Source: Actinomycetes bacterium (GTDB taxonomy: Bacteria; Actinomycetota; Actinomycetes; UBA12327). Taken from it: 30,261 nt of DNA. Shown here piece by piece: positions 25,945-30,261 of this stretch (position 1 is the first letter of the stretch; every line of letters starts with the position of its first letter). Both the position numbers and the translations under genes were made by a program. The DNA is taken from contig JBAXSF010000001.1 of NCBI GenBank assembly GCA_037130835.1, forward strand, positions 1-30,261, written 5' to 3'. Below the pieces are notes generated by a model, which was not told the DNA's origin, ran no database searches, and worked only from the letters and a program-made list of their open reading frames with translations.

Positions 25945-26493
25945 CTATTCCTCGTCGTCTTGCATGAGTTCGTACACCTTGTGCAGGTGTGGCCTAGCAA
26001 TGGAATCTAGTGCCCACAGAGTGCGTGGCCACACCATAAGCCATATCGCCATGCCCAGTAAAACGAGATCTCGGAAAATCTCTCGGGCATATTCATACTG
26101 ATTGATCGGGCTAGCGGATGCTCCTCCTGCGTTGAAACACCCACACTCGATGCTTAATCCTCGGGCCCACACCGAAATGATTCCCACGATAAAGACGACC
26201 ATCAATAGTGCGGCCGCGCTAGCAGCTACCCGAGTGAACAGGCCCACGATCAACAGCACGCCGATCAGGATTTCCAGTGGCGGAAGTGCATACCCCACCA
26301 CTTCGGCTTGAATCGGTTGCGGAAAGAGGCGATACGCCTTGACGGCAACTGCTGACTGCCCAAGGTCGGTGATCTTTAATCCACCGGCGATCAAGAGCAC
26401 GATGCCAAGCGAGATCCGCAAGGCAGTTCCCGCGGCAGCCCCATGATCATGCACGTGCGGCAAGGCGCCCTTGAGCGTGTACGTCTGACTCAC
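25945..26493 (-). CDS. MauE/DoxX family redox-associated membrane protein
   Basis: About four hydrophobic segments, RISLG...AGGLK, LPPLEILIG, WARGLSIECGCF motif; SD AGGAGG upstream of the GTG. Confidence 0.85.
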   Translation of the reverse strand: MSQTYTLKGALPHVHDHGAAAGTALRISLGIVLLIAGGLKITDLGQSAVAVKAYRLFPQPIQAEVVGYALPPLEILIGVLLIVGLFTRVAASAAALLMVVFIVGIISVWARGLSIECGCFNAGGASASPINQYEYAREIFRDLVLLGMAIWLMVWPRTLWALDSIARPHLHKVYELMQDDEE

Positions 26494-26559
26494 AACGACC
26501 CTCCTGTGCTGGCTAGCCTCTCACGCAGGGTTGGACGATGCCATCCCTCCACGCGTTCC

Positions 26560-27360
26560 CTACCGAGGTTGGTGCGTTGCAGCGGCCAATTGTCCCGCCA
26601 AATCGGCGACCGCCTGGGTTCCGGCGGCTTCACTCTCGGCATCAATGAGCAAGCGAATGAACGCCGACCCAACAATCACCCCATCGGCGTAGGCGGCCAC
26701 TTCCCGCGCTTGATCAGGGGCGGACACCCCTAGCCCCACAGCGACCGGTGAGGTCGATCGGGCACGAATGCGCTCTACCAGTTCGTGAGCCTTGACGCCC
26801 ACGGAAGCGCGAGCTCCGGTAACGCCCATGGTTGACGCAGCGTAAATGAAACCCGTGGTGACTTCGGCCACCTTGTCAATACGCTCCACTGGCGATGACG
26901 GGGCGACAAGAAAGACAGTTTCAAGACCAGCAGCCTGCGCGGCCGCGGTCCAGGCTGCGGATTCTTCGGGAGTCAAGTCAGGAGTGATCACCCCGGCACC
27001 GCCAGCTGCAGCCAAGTCCTGAGCGAATCGCTCTACGCCATAGCGCTCAACAGGGTTCCAATAGGTCATCACCAACGTTGGGGCACCCGTCTTGGCAACT
27101 GCGGCGACCGTGGCAAACACATCAGCAATGCGCACACCTGCTTGCAGCGCATGTTCAACGGCTTCTTGAATAACTGGACCGTCCATGACGGGATCGGAGT
27201 ACGGCAAGCCGATCTCGACAACGTCCACACCGGCCTCGACCATGGCAACAGCCGCCGCAATGCACCCATCAACGCTGGGAAAACCAGCCGGCAGATACCC
27301 CACTAGCAAAGCGGAGTCCCGGGCACGAGCAGCTTCAAAAGATGAGCGCAGCGAACTCAT
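26560..27360 (-). CDS. trpA: Tryptophan synthase alpha chain
   Basis: [46 protein letters not shown]. Confidence 0.98.
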   Translation of the reverse strand: MSSLRSSFEAARARDSALLVGYLPAGFPSVDGCIAAAVAMVEAGVDVVEIGLPYSDPVMDGPVIQEAVEHALQAGVRIADVFATVAAVAKTGAPTLVMTYWNPVERYGVERFAQDLAAAGGAGVITPDLTPEESAAWTAAAQAAGLETVFLVAPSSPVERIDKVAEVTTGFIYAASTMGVTGARASVGVKAHELVERIRARSTSPVAVGLGVSAPDQAREVAAYADGVIVGSAFIRLLIDAESEAAGTQAVADLAGQLAAATHQPR

Positions 27361-28565
27361 GACTGTCCATCACCGTGCAATCCGAACCATGCAGCAGCCG
27401 TATCAACGTCCTTGTCGCCACGACCGGACAGGTTGATCAAGATCACTGCGTCAGGACCGAGCTCCTGGCCCAACAGGCAAGCCCCGGCCAGGGCGTGTGC
27501 GGACTCGATAGCGGGGATGATTCCTTCGGTGCGGCACAGCCAAGAAAATGCCTGCATGGCTTGAGCATCGGTGATGGGGTGATACTGCGCTCGACCAATG
27601 TCATTGAGGTAAGAGTGTTCCGGCCCTACGCCCGGATAGTCCAAGCCCGCCGAAATGGAGTGGGACTCAATCGTTTGACCTTCATCGTCTTGCAAGAGGT
27701 ACGAACGAGCACCATGCAGAACCCCTGGAGCTCCACCGGTGATCGTCGCTGCATGTCGACCCGTCTCGACTCCATCGCCGCCGGCTTCATAGCCGTGGAG
27801 CTGCACGTCTTCGTCGTCCAGGAATGGATGAAAGATGCCAATCGCGTTGGAACCCCCGCCCACACACGCAACAACGGCGGTAGGCAGCTTCCCGGTTAGG
27901 TCCAGGACTTGTTGGCGCGCTTCCAATCCGATGCAACGGTGGAAGTCACGCACCATCACAGGGAAGGGATGCGGGCCGGCGACGGTGCCTAAGAGGTAGT
28001 GAGTGTCGTCGACATTGGTGACCCAGTCACGCATGGCTTCGTTGATGGCATCCTTCAACGTTTTGCTACCCGTGGTGACGGGAATGACTTCGGCACCCAA
28101 CAGCTTCATTCGCGCCACATTGAGGGCTTGACGACGAGTGTCTTCTTCCCCCATGTAGACCACACACTCCAGGCCCAACAAAGCAGCCGCTGTTGCGGTG
28201 GCCACACCGTGCTGACCAGCACCCGTTTCAGCAATAACGCGCGTCTTGCCCATGCGTTGAGTCAACAGGGCCTGACCGAGCACATTATTGATCTTGTGCG
28301 AACCGGTGTGATTGAGGTCTTCGCGCTTGAGCAAGATGCGCGCACCACCGGCATGGGCCGAAAAGCGTGTTGCATCAGTGAGCGGACTAGGGCGTCCCGT
28401 GTAAGTGGACTGAAGATTTTGGAAACGGGTTTGGAACTCCGGATCCACCTTGGCTGCTTGATAGGCAGCATGAAGCTCATCGAGCGCAGAAATCAATGCT
28501 TCCGGGACAAAGCGACCACCGTAAGGCCCAAAGTGACCCAGCTCGTCGGGAGTGGTGTTTGTCAT
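27357..28565 (-). CDS. trpB: Tryptophan synthase beta chain
   Basis: [14 protein letters not shown]-lysine motif [48 protein letters not shown]. Confidence 0.99.
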   Translation of the reverse strand: MTNTTPDELGHFGPYGGRFVPEALISALDELHAAYQAAKVDPEFQTRFQNLQSTYTGRPSPLTDATRFSAHAGGARILLKREDLNHTGSHKINNVLGQALLTQRMGKTRVIAETGAGQHGVATATAAALLGLECVVYMGEEDTRRQALNVARMKLLGAEVIPVTTGSKTLKDAINEAMRDWVTNVDDTHYLLGTVAGPHPFPVMVRDFHRCIGLEARQQVLDLTGKLPTAVVACVGGGSNAIGIFHPFLDDEDVQLHGYEAGGDGVETGRHAATITGGAPGVLHGARSYLLQDDEGQTIESHSISAGLDYPGVGPEHSYLNDIGRAQYHPITDAQAMQAFSWLCRTEGIIPAIESAHALAGACLLGQELGPDAVILINLSGRGDKDVDTAAAWFGLHGDGQS

Positions 28566-29377
28566 CTCGCAGCACGTCCATGTTTGATAGCCGGGTGCGC
28601 ACCAGCAGTGACCAGGTCAGCTACTGCTTCGCGCGGATCGTCAGCGGTAACCAGAGACTCTCCCACCAACACCACATCGGCACCAGCATTGGCATAGGCA
28701 ATCAAATCGTGCGGACCGCGAATTCCAGATTCGGCAATGCTCAGAACTCCGGCTGGAATGGAAGGGGCAACGCGCGCAAACGTTCCACGATCAACCTCGA
28801 GCGTGCGCAGGTCACGAGCATTCACGCCGATAATGCGTGCGCCTGCGTCGACGGCTCGTTTGACTTCATCGCCATCGTGCACCTAAACGAGAGGCGAAAG
28901 ACCAAAGGATTCAGCCCGCTCGATGAGCGCGACCAACGCATTTTGGTCAAGGGCAGCAACGATGAGCAAGACCAGATCAGCGCCGGCCGCTCGGGCTTCC
29001 CACAGTTGGTAACTGGTGACAATGAAGTCCTTGCGAAGGATGGGAATATCTACTGCAGCCCGCACCGCGCTTAAATCAGCCAAGGAGCCACCGAATCGAC
29101 GTTGCTCGGTTAACACGCTGATGCAGTGAGCGCCACCGGCTTCATAGTGAGCAGCAAGCGTGGCTGGATCGGCAATCTGCGCCAACTCGCCCTTGCTCGG
29201 CGACTTTCGCTTGACCTCGGCGATGACCGTGACTCCATCCGACGACAGTGCTGCATAGCCATCGATGGCCGGGGCTTGCTTGGCGGCGGCTGCTTTGAGT
29301 TGGTCGATCGAGATTTCTGCTTGGCGAGCGGCAAGGTCAACGCGGACATCCGCGATGATCTCGTTGAGCACGCTCAC
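28562..29377 (-). pseudogene. trpC: Indole-3-glycerol phosphate synthase interrupted by one in-frame TAG at codon 165 (nonsense allele, sequencing error or readthrough)
   Basis: ORF-track pieces 28883-29383 and 28562-28882 share a frame and join as [12 protein letters not shown]...LRKDF...PLV*VHD...GVNARDL...AESGI...LVGESL. Gene identity is secure; pseudogene status is not. SD GAGGAG favours GTG 29377. Confidence 0.8.
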
Positions 29378-29479
29378 GGTCACTCCTCTACGCCTGATCG
29401 GAAGGAATTGTCTGGTTTGAGCGTAGAGCCATTGGGGCTGACCTGCTGGTTCAGGGTGTGTTGCCTAACGGACGTGGGG

Positions 29480-29917
29480 TTAGCCGATTCCCGATCCAAT
29501 AAATGGGACCCCAGGGATGTTGCGCACGACCCAAAAAGCCACGACAAGCCCTAAGAACACATAGATCCACGTTGCCGCGGTCAGCCGTGGACGAGTGATG
29601 GATTCACGCGCACTCGAGCGCACCCACGCCACCCAGCGCCACGCTAAAAAGGGCAAGACGGCAACCAACAACACGTTCTGATCCATCGCTGCCCATACGT
29701 CGCCTCCGGTGAGCGCATGCAACGCACGAAGCGAACCGCACCCAGGGCAATCAAGGCCGGTTATCGAGCGGAAGATGCATAACGGATAAGCACCATCGGT
29801 TTGTGGATCGCGAATGGCAATACACGCCATCAGGGCAACCGCTCCCACACCGACAACCGCCGGCCCGCTGTAGCGGTGCGTGCTCACCCGCTGGATGGCG
29901 CTGTGCGTAATGTTCAT
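29480..29917 (-). CDS. DUF2752 family membrane protein (start revised to ATG 29917; 145 aa)
   Basis: YPLCIFRSITGLDCPGCGSLRALHAL...A...N...FWVVRNIP pattern. The ORF-track extension overlaps the upstream gene out of frame. Confidence 0.85.
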   Translation of the reverse strand: MNITHSAIQRVSTHRYSGPAVVGVGAVALMACIAIRDPQTDGAYPLCIFRSITGLDCPGCGSLRALHALTGGDVWAAMDQNVLLVAVLPFLAWRWVAWVRSSARESITRPRLTAATWIYVFLGLVVAFWVVRNIPGVPFIGSGIG

Positions 29918-29933
29918 GGTCACAAGATGGGAC

Positions 29934-30261
29934 CTACAGGCTCGTAGTTGACGAACTAGCACTGTCCGAAACTCCGACCAAAACGGCGAAGAAGAGCCAG
30001 ACAACACCAAGCACCACAGCAGCAACTGCACTGGCTATAGCGAAATTACGCGCATTGCTTGAGGCCTTGAGTGCGCCTTGCGCGTCTCCCATGGCCCACT
30101 TGGAATTGACCTGCGTAGAAAACACGATGGAGACCACGCCTAGTGGAAGACAACAAAGAATCGTGGTCAAGATCGCCCAGACCAAATAGTTGTTCGGTGG
30201 CTGACCTGCTCCGTAGCCAAAGCTGGGAGGTCCGCCGTATCCGGGAGGTCCACCAAAGGGC
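29934..30261 (-). CDS. CD225/dispanin (IFITM-like) family membrane protein, 5' end outside the window
   Basis: The frame stays open to the edge: ...PFGGPPGYGGPPSFGYGAGQPPNNYLVWAILTTILCCLPLGVVSIVFSTQVNSKWAMGD. This is a P/G/Y-rich linker followed by the CC-containing dispanin core. Confidence 0.85.
   Translation of the reverse strand, partial: PFGGPPGYGGPPSFGYGAGQPPNNYLVWAILTTILCCLPLGVVSIVFSTQVNSKWAMGDAQGALKASSNARNFAIASAVAAVVLGVVWLFFAVLVGVSDSASSSTTSL

Noticed and set aside
28883-28885. Genome-wide TAG reassignment or pyrrolysine
   Set aside because: TAG terminates several genes here at their expected ends, no other gene has an internal TAG, and no pyl genes are in view.
28562-29383. Two separate genes or an evolved split TrpC, as drawn by the ORF track
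   Set aside because: Both pieces are in one frame separated by a single codon, the second has no SD, and the break removes a conserved active-site residue. One interrupted gene is simpler.

Overview
A compact block of core chromosome from a moderately high-GC actinobacterium (taxonomy inferred from protein style and gene order only). All 26 supportable genes lie on the minus strand. In transcription order they are: CD225/dispanin (partial), DUF2752, trpC, trpB, trpA, MauE/DoxX, DsbA-like, lgt, VIT1/CCC1, gltB, gltD, pyk, pyrR, pyrB, pyrC, carA, carB, pyrK, pyrD, pyrF, gmk, rpoZ, coaBC, metK, priA, def (partial). By my start calls only about 785 nt (about 2.6%) is intergenic. I found no tRNA, rRNA, mobile element, CRISPR array or accessory island, and no clearly novel multi-gene system. 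The sharpest anomaly is an in-frame TAG at 28883-28885 that replaces the invariant active-site Glu (LVEVH) of an otherwise intact trpC. Other points worth checking are a PyrR-binding hairpin covering the pyrR ribosome-binding site, gmk placed 2 nt behind pyrF where mihF normally sits, acidic tails on PyrK, PyrD and RpoZ, a MauE/DoxX + DsbA pair, structured leaders before trpC, gltB and metK, and several probable leaderless genes.
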